From: Azolla caroliniana
Lineage: Eukaryota; Plantae; Polypodiophyta
Assembly (NCBI GenBank): GCA_043228905.1
Contig: JBHGNT010000006.1
Location: 7,192,001 to 7,256,000 of the forward strand
Reading direction: 5' to 3'
DNA: 64,000 nucleotides
Part shown: one piece after another, positions 22,802 through 35,312 of the stretch
Numbering within the stretch: position 1 is the first letter of the stretch
Layout: each line of letters starts with the position of its first letter
Position numbers and translations under genes: made by a program
Notes under the pieces: model-generated
Seen by the model: only the letters and a program-made list of their open reading frames with translations
Database searches by the model: none
What the model was told of the DNA's origin: nothing

Positions 22802-25800
22802 AGAGGGTTGTCAAGGCGTGGGGCCGCGACAGTCCGGACACTCCGGGAAAACCCCACAAATGTACGATAGAGGCGAAACCGAAGAAGCCTAGTACCATAA
22901 GTAGGAAGTTTTGTTTCTCCGACAACGGAGGGTGTACGATAGTCGGCGTCGTAGGCCGAGAAAAGACAAGGGCGGAAGAGCGACTTCGGGCGTGCGGAGT
23001 TCTTGGGCCCAGCAAGGAAATCAACGGAGCCGTGGAGGCGGTCTACTTCGACGATACCTTGGGAATACTGCGAGAGGTGGTCGGAGAGGGCCTTAAAGAG
23101 GACCGGACGATACCGGTTTGTTCAGAAGAGATGTATGAAGTCATCGCGGACTTTAGTCGAGGGCTTGAGTCGGATCGGACGGCCCGGGTTAACACGAAGT
23201 ACAAGATTGTGGACCGGAAGGTAAGGCCGGTCGCGGCACCATTACCGGAGGGCAGCGAGTTGCGAATCAAGGAGGTCGCGTCGGACTCCAGTTTACGTGA
23301 TCCGGCCTGCATAGGACACACCTTCACCGACAGAACGCTACGAGAGCTCAAAATCGGTGGGGGCGGGTTCCTACTGCCGGCGGAAGAAGACCGGTTTCGG
23401 AGAATGCTCGGAAGGCACGGGAAAGCCTTCGCATTCTCACCGGAAGAAATCGGGTACATAGACCCGACAGTCGTAAAGCCGATGGTGATATTCACGGTAC
23501 CGCATGTGCCGTGGAATCTCAAACCGATTCCGGTACCGAGAGCTCACATCCCGGAGCTGATGGAGCTGATGGAGCTGTTGAGGCAGAAAATCGATATGGG
23601 CATCCTCGAACCGTCGAGTGCCCCGTACTCAAACGGTGGTTTACAGTACCGAAGAAGAACGGGACGTTGCGCTTCATTCAAGACCTGCAACCGGTCAACA
23701 GAGTGACCATTCGGAACGCAGGAATCGGACCAACGATAGACGAGTTCGCAGAGGCCTTTGCCGGAAGGTCGATCTACTCGGTCGGAGATCTGTACTCAGG
23801 GTACGATCAATTCCAACTAGCCGTAGAGAGCAGAGACATTACGACGATGCGGACTCCTCTCAGCCTAGTGCGGATGTGTACCCTGCCACAAGGAGGGACG
23901 AACTCGGTGGCCCACATGGTGAATGCGATGAACAAGGTGCTGAGGGATTGTATCCCGGACATCACCATGCCATTCTTGGACGACATCCCGATCAAGGGAT
24001 GTCCATTGGAAGAAAAGGACGAAACGATCGGACCGGACGGATGCCGGAAATTCGTGGCGACACACATTGACGACTGCGAGAGGGTGCTGCAGAGGCTAGA
24101 GGACGCGAGGCTCACCTTTTCTGGGGAAAAATCGGCCTTCGGGCAATCAGAGATCATGGTTGTCGGACATCTATGCGGACCGTATGGCCGGAAACCGTCT
24201 CCGGCTAAGGTGGAAGCCATCTCCGCAATGAAGCCCGACTGTAACTCGGTCACGGAGGTACGGAGGTTCTTGGGAGCATGCGCGTTCTACCACATATGGA
24301 TCCCGCATTACGCCCACGTTGCCGAGCCGCTATATGGGTTGCTAAAAAAGGGGCAAAAATTCGAGTGGCGAGATGAGCATACGGAGTCGGTGCGAAAGAT
24401 GAAGGAGGCTCTTGCTGCAGCTCCGGCACTCCGGAAGGCTGTCTACGAGAAAGGCACTCCCGTCTACATAACGGTAGATACGAGTCTGACCGGGATTGGA
24501 TGGGTCATCAACCAAGAAGATGAGGACGGCATTCGGTTCCCAATCCGGTTCGGCGCGAAGGTCCTCAGCGAGCGACAGCGAGGATACGCCCAGGTTAAAC
24601 GCGAACTCTAGGGTATCGTTTCGGCGGTGAAGGCCAATAAAGACTATCTGATCGAGACAGAGGTGATTATCGAGACGGACTGCCTGCCGATTCTCGGCAT
24701 GGTTTCAGGATGCGCAACCCCGGACCTGGCAATGCTCAGGTGGAGAGCGTACATCAAGTTCCTGGATCCGGAAATACGACACATTTCCGGGAAAGACAAT
24801 GCCATGGCCGACATGCTTTCAAGGGCGCGATTCGACGACAAGGGCGGCATGGTTTCGGAGGACGAGGAAGTCGGCGTGGACTTCTTCGAGGCGGGTTACG
24901 TAACAACCGAGGGAGGGAGCACTCCGGCGCTTAACGATTTCGACGAGAGCAAGTACAACGGGGAGTGGCTGCAGATTGGGGGATTCTTGAGGACGATGAC
25001 GCCGGACGCGTCATGGACAAAGAACGAGGCCAACCGGGTCCGGAAGAAAGCATATCGATTCTTTCTCCGGGACGGATACTTATGGAAGCACCCGAAGAAG
25101 AGAAACAGCATCCCGCTCCGAGTAGTGGCGATGAAGGAGGAACAAGAGGAGTTGTTGAAGGCCTACCACGACAGCCCCTGGGCTGGACACCGTGGGACGT
25201 GGGCCACGTTCGAGAAACTAAAGGGGAAGTACTGGTGGCCGGGATTGTACCAGGACGTGCATCGGTTCATGACAACTTGTGAGAGCTGTCAGATGCACTC
25301 CATAGTCCGACATCGGGGCGAGCTTCACCCTACTTACCCTCCGGCCATCCACTTCAAATGGATGGTAGATTTGGTGACGATGTCGATGAGCGTAGGGCAG
25401 ATGCGATATCTGGTGCTGGCCCGGGAGGACCTGACGAACCAGATGGAAGGCCGAGCCCTGCAGAACAAAACGACCGTGGCCATGTGTCGGTTCCTGATCG
25501 AGGACGTGATATGCCGGTACGGGTGCGTCGAGAAGATCGTGGCTGACCGCGGGGAGTTGGACGCCGAAGAGGCCGAGGAGTTGTTCGACCGGTTAGGGGT
25601 CAAGCTCTCGCTCACCACAACGTACAATCTAGAGGCAAACGGGAAGGTGGAGCGCAGACACGGACCGATCGTCAAAGCGCTAGTTCGGGCATGCGGAGGC
25701 CAGGTCGGGAACTGGCCACAGCTATTACCTTATGCCTTGTGGGCAGATAGGACAACACACAGTTCGGTAACAGGGTTCATGCCGTTAGAGCTCATGTTTG

Positions 25801-26420
25801 GACAGAAGTCGATCATGCCGATGGAACGGACGATCTCCTCTTGGGCGACAGTGGACTGGAGAGACGAGATGAGCCAGGAAGAACTGCTAGCGGCGCATAT
25901 ACGGCAGCTCGAGCGGAGACCAGAGGACGTGGAACGAGCGGCGGAGAGACTTCGGACGGCGAGGATGAAGAACAAAGCCCGGTTCGATCGAACGCACCGG
26001 CTCCGACCTAAGAAAATCGAGGAAGGCGACTGGGTGCTAGTCTACGACAGCAGCCTCGACAACCAGCACCGAGCAACACGGAAGTTTGCGAAGCGGTGGT
26101 TCGGGCCTTACGTGGTAACGAGCGCCAACGACAACGGGACGTATCACCTGGCAAAACTCGACGGTACGAGGGTGGCGATACCGGTAGCAGGGAAGCGGAT
26201 CAAAGCATTCAAGAAGCGCCACGACGGCGAGCCGAATCTAAGAGGCCTGGACAGCGACAACGAACAGTCCGAAGCGGAGGACGAACCGATGGACAAAGAA
26301 TCGGAACCCGGACCGGTTTTCTCCAACCAGAACCCAATTTTGGCGCATACCAGTGGATGCGCGGTTAGGTGGGGGCGGATGTCGTCAAGAAAACCGTCCC
26401 TTAGCGCAATCGGTGCATAG
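22792..26420 (+). pseudogene. Element C pol (RT-RNase H-integrase)
   Basis: DLYSGYDQ, LPQGGTNSV, FLDDIPIKG (RT); TVDTS, IETDCLP (RNase H); H-H-C-C, DL/DRG/NGKVE and FGPY (integrase). Frameshift near 23630 and TAG at 24609-24611; no chromodomain seen. Confidence 0.9.
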
Positions 26421-27648
26421 CGCACGTGAACCGGCTCTTCACACGTGCGCGCCCTTAATGTATATAATAGGGAATTAGGTACATAGGTATATCCTGGGTA
26501 GTTAGATTCAGTAGGTATGAAGTAAATGAGGGAGACGGCTCCCTTCTTGACGATATAAAGGAGAGGGAGATGCAGGGAGAAGGGATCGCGCGTTGAGGAG
26601 GACGAAGTGTTGTCGGACCGTAACCGAACGCTTCTCCTCTGTTTGTTCTCTTTCGCTCTTCTCTACAGGTTTTCGGGAGGCTCGCGCTGCTTCGAGGAAC
26701 GCCCGTGTGCTTCCGGCAGCACCTCCATCCTATCCCTTTTTGTGTGCAGACGAACAGGCATCGGCATCTGTTCGCCGGCCTGGTCGGTTGTAACCACTCG
26801 CGTGCTCTGTTGTGTATTTGTTATTCGTTAATATACAAACTTTTGTGTCTCTGTGTCCATTCGTGTTCTCTGCGTTGACAGGCCGTGTCCCTGTGTTTCT
26901 TTGCTCATACGTAACCGGTCGTCTCTCTCTCTCTTTCTCTTTCCCCTCCTATCACCTGCTCTTCGGTTCAAGACCCCGGTGGTCCCGCCTCGTTTTCTCC
27001 ACGCACGCGCGTAGCAACGCGACAACGCTACGTTTCATACAAGACCTACAGCCGGTCAACAAGGTGACATTCGAAATGCAGGTATCGGACAGACAATCGA
27101 CGTGTTCGCGGAGGCCTTCGCCGGAAGGACAATCTATTCAGTCAGTGATCTATATTCAGGATATGACCAGTTCCAACTAGCCGTAGAGAGTAGGGATATC
27201 ACGACGATGCGGACTCCTCTCGGCCTAGGGCGGATGTGTACCCTGCCGCAGGGAGGGACCAACTCGGTGGCGCACAAGGTGAATGCGATGAACAAGGTAC
27301 TGAGGGACTGCGTCCCGAACATCACCATGCCTTTCTTGGACGACATCCCGATCAAGGGATGTTCGGTAGGGAATACAGACGAATCGATCGGGCCGGACTG
27401 ATGCCGGAAATTCTTCGCGGACCACATCATCGACTGTGAGAAGGTGCTACAGAGACTTGAGAGCGTGGACTCACCTTCTCCAGAGAGAAGTTAGCTTTCA
27501 GGCAATTGGAGATCCTGGTGGTCAGCCACTTGTGCGGGCCTTATGGTCAGAAACCGTCTCCAGCGAAGTTGGAGGCCATCTTTGCGATGAAGGATGACTG
27601 CGGGTCGGTTACGGAGGTTCTTGGGGGCGTGTGCGTTCTATCACATCT

Positions 27649-28309
27649 TGTTGGGAGACAGGTTCCTCCGGATGGGAAGGGAGAAGAACAGTGTTGATGA
27701 GCAAACCGGATGATGAGTACCCGGCTACGGAGAGCCGGATGGTGCAGACCCGGTGAGAACCGGATGACGAGTACCCGGAAACGGAAGACCCGGTGAGAAT
27801 CGGATGATGAGTACCCGGCAAGCGCCGGATGATGTAGGCCCGGTGAGGAGTGCTCACCAGATGAAGAGACATATTCTTAAATATGTTTCTGAGAGTCCAT
27901 CGAAGCTATATTTGTAAATAGCCAAAAGGTCATATTAGTATAAATATGACTTAGGGCAAACTTATTGAGTAGTTGTTGTCATTCTTGTTTGCGCAAGATT
28001 AGAGCACGTAACAGTGTACAGAGAGAGTGAGAGAGAGGAAGAGGTCGTTGCCTCTGTTGTAACCGCCGCTTATGGCGAAGATAGCAAGCTCGAGGTCGTG
28101 GCCTTGGTGCTTTCCTATTGTACATTCTGATATAGTGATAGTTTGCGGTCTGTGGGCTGTCGTGGTTTTTCTCGAGTTTGGGTTTTCCACGTAAACATCC
28201 TGTGTACTCTTCTCTTCACTGTGTCGTGCATTCATTCCCGTTTTCTGTGTATGATTCTAAGCTCGGTTGTGGCCGAGCATTGTGCATAAGGAGCGTGTAG
28301 TTCCTGTCA
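27649..28309 (+). mobile_element. Copia solo LTR related to the 6104-11463 family, inserted in element B pol
   Basis: tgttggg...tgtca; TSD catct/cattt; host frame YHIWIPHY rejoins; shares taaatatgacttagggcaaact, gggttttccacgt and ctcggttgtggccgag with LTR 6104-6726. Confidence 0.88.
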
Positions 28310-30756
28310 CATTTGGATTCCGCACTACGCACCCGTCGCGGATCCACTCTATGGGCTGCTGAGAAAGGGGCGTGAATTCAAATGGGGCAAGGAGCATACG
28401 GAGTCGATCTGGAGACTGAAGGAGGCGCTTACTGTGGCATTGGCTCTCCGGAAAGCAGTTTACGGCAAGGAGGTCCCAATCTACGTAACCGTAGATACGA
28501 GCCCGACCAAGATAGGATGGGTAATCAATTAGGAGGATGAGAGTGGCACACGGTTCCCGATCCAATTCGGGGCGAAGGTTCTCAGTGAGCGACATAAAGG
28601 ATACGCCCAAGTTAAGCGCGAACTGTGGGGTATCGTTTTGGCGGTCAAGACCGATAAAGACTACTTGATCAGGACAGAAGTAATCATCGAGACGGACTGC
28701 CTATTGACCCTCAGTATAGTTTCCGGATGCGCGACTCCAGACTTGGCAATGCTCAGGTGGATCACGTACATTAAGTCCCTGGACCCGGAGATACGACACA
28801 TCTCCAGAAAGGACAACACCATGGCCGATATGCTTTCTAGAGCGTGTTTCGACGACGATAATGACATGGTTTCGGAGGACGAAGAAGTCGGCGTAGACTT
28901 CTTCGAGTTGACTCGTATAGAGACAAGGGCAGGGAGCACTCCGGCGCTTAACGAGTTCAACGAGAGAGAGTACGATGGGGAGTGGCTCCAGATTGGAAGG
29001 TTCCTGAGGACAATGACGTCGGACGCGACATGGACCAGAGAGGAGGTGAACCGAATACGGAAGAAAGCGTACCGATTCTTCCTACGGGACGCAAGTATAT
29101 GGAAGCTCCCAAAGAAGCGAGGCAGCGTTCCACTCCGCGTAGTGGCGAGAAAGGACAAGCAAGACAAGTTGTTAACAGCGTACCACGAGAGTCCTTGGGC
29201 CGGACACTGTGGGACATGGGCCACGTTTGAGAAGCTGAAAGAGAAATATTGGTGGTTGGGGTTGTACCGGGATGTGTACCAGTTTGTGACGACGTGCGAA
29301 AGCTGTCAGTTGCACTCCACAATCCGACATCGAGATGAGCTACACCCGACCTACCCACCAACCATCCATTTCAAGTGGATGGTAGACTTAGTGACGATGT
29401 CGATGGGGGTAGGGCAGATGCGGTACCTGGTGCTTGCGCGGGAGGATTTGACGAACCAGGTGGAGGGCCGCACACTGCAGAACAAGACAATTGTGGTGGT
29501 GTGCTGGTTTCTAATCGAAGAGGTAGTATGTCGGTACGGATGCGTAGAGAATATCATGGCGGATCGAGGAGAGCTTAACACGCAAGAAGTTGATGAGTTG
29601 TTCGACCAGCTAGGGGTCAAGCTCTCTCTCACCACGACATACAATCTGGAGGCCAACGGGAAGGTAGAACGCGGGCACAAGCCGATCGTGAAGGCACTGG
29701 TACGCGGGTGCGACGTACAGGTCGGGAATTGGTCGCGGCTCCTTCCTTACGCGTTGTGGGCGGACCGGACTACGCACAATTCAATAACAGGGTTCATGCC
29801 AGTGGAGCTGATGTACGGACAGAAGCCTATCATGTCGGTGAACCGGACGATTTCCTCCTGGGCGGTGATAGATTAGAGAGACGAGATGAGCTGGGAGGAG
29901 CTGTTGGCGGCACGGATTCGACTGGTCGAGCGAAGACCGGAGGGCGTGGAGCGTGCAAAGGCAAAGCTACATGTGGCGAGGGAGAGGAACAAAGGCCGAT
30001 GAACCGCACCGACTGCGGCCAAAGAAGATCGAGGAAGGCGACTGGGTGTTGGTGTACATCAACAGCCTCGACAACCAGCACAAAGCAACGCACAAATTCA
30101 CGAGGAGGTGGTTCGGGCCCTACGCCGTAACGAGCACGAATGACAACGGGACGTATCATCTTGTGGAGCTCAACGGGACACGATTAACAATGCCGATAGC
30201 CGAAAAGCGGATCAAGGCATTCAAGAAGCGGCATGAGGACGACCCAGACCCGGGAAGCATGACCGACGACGACGACCAGTTCGGAGCAAACGAGGATTCG
30301 AGAAGTGACTGATGATTACAGGCTAGTCTTCTCCGGCGATTGTTTGTATCTGGCGCATACCGATGGATGCGCGGTTTGGTGGGGGTGGATGTCGTGAAGA
30401 AACCCGGCCCTAAGAGGAATCAAGGGATTAAAGGCGTGAACTTGCCCTTACACGAGTGTGCGCAAATTGATACATTGTACATAACTAGGAATAGGACGAC
30501 TGATGTAAACATACTAGGTATGACATATTTATTAGCTAGGAAATCGACACGTATCTTTGTCCGAAAGGACAGAGAATAAAGTTGATGTGTTTTGATCGAG
30601 CTCTCTCCTCCTCTATCGTTGCTCTCCACTCTGTTTCTGCGTCGATTGCCTCTGTTGCGCGTAAGTCGCGTGCTTCCAACAAAGGTTCCATCGTGCGTTC
30701 TCTGTGTCGTGTGTGTGTGTGTGTGCGTGGGTTCTTTGTGTCGGGTCTGTTGCCGG

Positions 30757-33700
30757 TGTCATGTGGTTTTTCACACACGATATGAAAACTATGTAAAAAA
30801 ATAATGAAATAATTATTTTACATTAGATTAGATGCTTGTTATTGAAAAATGGATGTACTCAAGAGCTTCAAAATGCATTTTACTACATACAAAATAGACA
30901 ACTACATATCAAGTTAGGTGGACATGAAGCTTGAGAAGATAGGGAAAATAGAATTTTGAAGTATCCCACATAGATAGGAAACTTAAGGCCCTGGCTATAT
31001 AAGCACATTGAGATCCCTCATTTTTCATTTGTGCTAAGAGCACTTTGGCCACTTTGTCTAGATGGATGAATGTGGCCAAGTTCCCAAAAATCGACTGGCA
31101 ATAAAATGGAATTGGTCGGTAAGCAAACTGGAACCTGTCGGTAATCGAAATGGAACCAGAATCGGCTGGAAATCAATTCGGAACCGGCCAGTAATCAAAT
31201 CGGATCCGGCGAAATCGGCAATCGGATGGTGTTGGAAATCGGGCGGATTCGACAATTGGCGATCGGGCGGAACCGGCGATCGGACGAGGCTAGATGCGGA
31301 CCAGACGGATTGGACGGGCAGTGATCGAGACGGACAGATGATAGGATCATGTGGTTAATTAAAGTAAAGTAAAGAAAACTAAAGTAAAGGTCATGTGGAC
31401 GGTCGCATGCTACTAAAAGAAAAAGGCATGCAACTAAAAGTAGAGGCCATGCAACTAAAAGTGGGCATGCAAAGTAACATTGAAGGTTATGATCAATGGA
31501 GAAGTGCATATAAATTCCATTTTTTTTCCTACACTCATCCTCTCTCCATTTTTTATTTTTCTTTTCCTTCTTAGCTCCCTTATCTTATCGGAGCCATATC
31601 ATTCATAATTCCAAGTTTTCCATACAGAAGCTATTGAATTCATAAACCATAATCTCCTATCAAAGCCAAAAAACCCTAATTTTCTATCGAATCCATATCT
31701 CAAATTTTTCTAATCTATTACTCTAGCAATCTCCATTAGCTAAACTTTTTGTAATCCCAATCTTGGAATTAATTGTAATCTTTCTTTCTATTTGTTTATG
31801 AAATTTGTCAATCTTTCTTATTTCCATTAATTGTTTAATATAAACATACGAATATGATATCCTTTGGTCGGAGGCCCCAGGGTCCTGCCTCAAGTTCACG
31901 TGTCCTCGTCGTATTTTCGCGACATCTTTGGTGAACCCAACGTGAAACGAGGCGGTAGGAGGATATCTCATGGAGGCATATAGATACAAAGAGCCGAAAA
32001 GATGTAGTCTATATGAGTTCGGCCAATGGGTATCATCATTAAAGACCCACCAAAGTGCCATGCATGCTTTCGTTGAGTTCGAGTGTCACTTTACACAACT
32101 CTCAGAGCGGGATCAAAGATTGGTGGGGGAAGATAAAGTCCTAATGTTCGTGAAATCGATTGATCGGAATGAAAGGAAGGCCATTGGAATCCGACTTGAG
32201 GATGACGATGGAGCAAATGGTCTCACCGAGGATTGGACGAAAGTGGAAAGAGAATGTCGATTACACGATAAGAGGAAGACAAGATTCTTGTCGGCAACAA
32301 CACAATCCACAACGGATGGTGAAAGGAGGACAAGAAGCAACTACAAACTATCACCTAGAGAAGAGAGCTTGAAGAGGGAAGGTTCGATGGTACTCGACAT
32401 AAAGACCTTCATAAACGAGGCATATGAGAATTTAAAGGTGCAAGTCGAGGCCAAAGAGAATCTTATAATGGAACAAAAACCGATTAAAATGGTTATCAAG
32501 GAAGAAGAGACTTCCCAACAAAGGTGGAGTAATGATCCGGCCAATACAAAGGCCCGAGTTTGGTACGACAACACCACGGGAGAAGGTGTGGAACAAGACG
32601 CCTTCTCGTCTTGCAAAGAAACAACGATGAAGAATGAAACGAATGAATCGAGGGTGGCAAATGCCACTTCAAGCAAGGGCAAATGTTTCGGAACACACAT
32701 CGTGTCTGAAACATCAAGTGATGAAGGTGCAAGCATGAGCAAAGCTTCCATGATCAAGGGAGATAAAAAGTGTGAGGTCAACATGATTGAGGAGGTAGCC
32801 ATGAGAAACGACATCGGGTCAGAGGTGGCTAAGGACCAGTCAATGGTGGATGACCTTGTCAAGACTTTCTCCACACTTGTTCTAGAGACTTGGGCAGATG
32901 CGTCGGAAAGCAAACGTGAGACCCAAGAGACGGAAGGTGGCGGCGAGGAAGTGAAGGCCAAAACTAACACATGCAGAGAAGAGGGAAGAATAATCAAGGC
33001 TTGCTCAATCAAGAGGATTAATGGGTACGAGGCCCATGAGTTCAAAGAGACAGCCATGAAGAATGACGTCAAGCCGAAGAGGGTAGACAATGATGATGAA
33101 GAGACTCTCCCCACAAAGGTTCTTGAGACTTGGGCATTAACCGATGTAAGACTCAAGAGACGAAAGGTGGCGGTGAGGAAACAAAGATCAATGCCAATGC
33201 GAACAACCATAAGGTGGAAGTGGCTAAAGGTAGCACGACAAAGGCAATGCCAAACTACAAATTTCCTCCACACTCGTTTGAGAGACTTGGGCATTAACCG
33301 ATGTAAGACCCAAGTGAAGGACGGTGGCGGCGAGGAAGCAAGGGTTAAAGCCAATATGTGCAACAAGGACGTAAATCAAAGCAAAATGACGAAAGTCCAT
33401 GCGTGTGACAAAGAGGTCAAGCAAAGCACGAAGACAAAAGCTAATGTGTGCGACAAAGAGATCAAGCAAACCTCAAAAAGCAAAGATATGGGCCAAGTGG
33501 GCCAAGCTGATATGAAAAATGTGATCACAAAATCTAACAAGGATAATACTAGTGTAGAAGTCATAGTCAACTCCAAGACGAGAGTATACCACAAAAGTGG
33601 ACAAAGTGGGAAGCATGCGATGTGGTCACTTAAGGACCTAGAGGAGAGCATGCCGCTAAAGAAAGGATCACTAAGAGTACTCAAGAATAACATTTCGATA

Positions 33701-34540
33701 AGGCCTTTGAAAGGCATGCATGGAACATGAAAGAATGATAAAAGAAAATTAGATGACCAAGGAGATGGTCGAGATGAAGGTGGCACATGGACAAAGAATG
33801 AAGCATAATGCTCTAGAGGAGCAAAGAGAGCCATGACAATTGGTCATGGAAATGCAAAGAGTGAGCAAAGAATATGGTGGATCATATGGCAACGACGGTT
33901 CAGGTATAAAGAAGAAACATCAATGAAGTAGAATAATCAAAAGAGGAACCTCACTACAATTGGCACATACCGGTGGATGTGCAGGTTTGGTGGGGGTGAA
34001 TGTCGTGTGGTTTTTCACACACGATATGAAAACTATATAAAAAAATAATGAAATAATTATTTTACATTAGATTAGATGCTTGTTATAGAAATATGGATGT
34101 ACTCAAGAGCTTCAAAATGCATTTTACTACATACAAAATAGACAACTACATATCAAGTTAGGTGGACATGAAGCTTGAGAAGATAGGGAAAATAGAATTT
34201 TGAAGTATCCCACATAGGTAGGAAACTTAAGGCCCTGGCTATATAAGCACATTGAGATCCCTCATTTTTCATTTGTGCTAAGAGCACTTTGGCCACATTG
34301 TCTAAATGGATGAATGTGGCCAAGTTCCCAAAAATTGACTAGCAATAAAATGGAACCAGCCGGTAATGGAATTGGAACTAGTCGGTAAGCAAACCGGAAC
34401 TTGCTGGTAATCAAAATGGAACCGGTTGGTAAGCCGGAAACCAAATCAGAATCGGCCGGTAGGCAAATTGGAACCAGCGAAATCGGCAATTGGATGGTGT
34501 CGGAAATCGGGCGGATCTGACAATCGGCGAAATCGGATGG
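30757..34540 (+). mobile_element. Element D: non-autonomous, gag-only Trp-primed Ty3 element with a truncated 3' LTR
   Basis: 5' LTR 30757-31924; PBS 31929-31946; 3' LTR copy from 34001 to about 34540; inserted at ccgg in B's 3' LTR. Confidence 0.88.
31970..33730 (+). CDS. Gag-like N-terminus fused to a repetitive E/K/T-rich tail (586 aa)
   Basis: FGQWV...KVLMFVKSIDR...ANGLTEDWTKV aligns with the gag of A and C; the tail repeats LETWA, GGGEE and KETxMKN motifs. Confidence 0.6.
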   Translation: MEAYRYKEPKRCSLYEFGQWVSSLKTHQSAMHAFVEFECHFTQLSERDQRLVGEDKVLMFVKSIDRNERKAIGIRLEDDDGANGLTEDWTKVERECRLHDKRKTRFLSATTQSTTDGERRTRSNYKLSPREESLKREGSMVLDIKTFINEAYENLKVQVEAKENLIMEQKPIKMVIKEEETSQQRWSNDPANTKARVWYDNTTGEGVEQDAFSSCKETTMKNETNESRVANATSSKGKCFGTHIVSETSSDEGASMSKASMIKGDKKCEVNMIEEVAMRNDIGSEVAKDQSMVDDLVKTFSTLVLETWADASESKRETQETEGGGEEVKAKTNTCREEGRIIKACSIKRINGYEAHEFKETAMKNDVKPKRVDNDDEETLPTKVLETWALTDVRLKRRKVAVRKQRSMPMRTTIRWKWLKVARQRQCQTTNFLHTRLRDLGINRCKTQVKDGGGEEARVKANMCNKDVNQSKMTKVHACDKEVKQSTKTKANVCDKEIKQTSKSKDMGQVGQADMKNVITKSNKDNTSVEVIVNSKTRVYHKSGQSGKHAMWSLKDLEESMPLKKGSLRVLKNNISIRPLKGMHGT

Positions 34541-35312
34541 TATCTCCTTCTCTGCTAGGGTTTTATTGAGCTATTGCGCTCGGAGGCACCAGTCCTCAGT
34601 TCTCTCTCTCTTGTGCAAGACCCCACTCGCTTAGGCGAGCCCTGCGTGCTCCCCGACTGGCGGCTTGGTGGCAGACGGTTGTGTGTTTGGAGAAGAGGTT
34701 TGTGCCATGCACGAGACTCCACTCGCTCAGGTGAGCCCCAAGCGCTCCCCGACTAGTTTTGGGTTGCAGGCACCCTGGGTCGAAACCGGCTTGAATCGGC
34801 GTTGTAACAAACCTGTCCTTGTACAAATATATATAAAAAACTTATGTGTGTGTTTCCATGTAAACGCGTCGGTGTCTCGGTTCTTTTCCCCGCGGGTACA
34901 TGTGTTGGGTGTTTTCAAGTGTCGGGTCTCGAAGCACCATCCCGAGATTTGTGTTTGCGTCTGGTTCAGTGTCATAGGATTTTGCTCTTCCCGGTGTGCG
35001 TGTGTGCCCATCGAACCGGACCACCATTCGTGTACATACCATATATACTTATGTCTACCGGGCCTTTTGTACATATGGTTGTGAAGGGCCTATGGGTACA
35101 CATACATGCGTGCTCTTTCTCTACGAGTTTCGGTCGCTTCTGGATCTGTCCGGTTTGATTGTTCCAGGGTCGCATCCGGAACTGAACCGGACGGTGTCTC
35201 GATGGCATATCCGGCTCCGGAGGACTCGACCTTCCAAAAACCTGTTTCTCCCCGATCCAAGACCCCAGTGGTCCCGCTTGGATCTGACACGTGCCTGCGG
35301 ATTTCCGCGACA
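34541..35312 (+). repeat. 3' part of LTR 'E' (Trp-primed Ty3 group)
   Basis: Ends ccaagaccccagtggtcccgc...ccgcgaca, followed by acgt and LINE sequence; not similar to D's 5' LTR. Confidence 0.75.

Larger units (their letters stand above)
19982..27024 (+). mobile_element. Element C: full-length Trp-primed Ty3/Gypsy element
   Basis: LTRs 19982-20632 and 26380-27024; exact 4-bp TSD ACGC (19978-19981, 27025-27028); PBS tggtgaacccgacgtgaa 20637-20654; PPT-like ggtgggggcgga. Confidence 0.95.
16633..30756 (+). mobile_element. Element B: degenerate autonomous-type Trp-primed Ty3 element hosting element C, a Copia solo LTR and element D
   Basis: 5' LTR 16633-17383; PBS 17390-17407; gag with CMWCAAVGHIRKEC; protease ALIDHGS; RT split by C (KNTT|LRFIQDLQP); RNase H and integrase 28315-30312; 3' LTR from 30390, interrupted at 30756. 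Confidence 0.9.
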
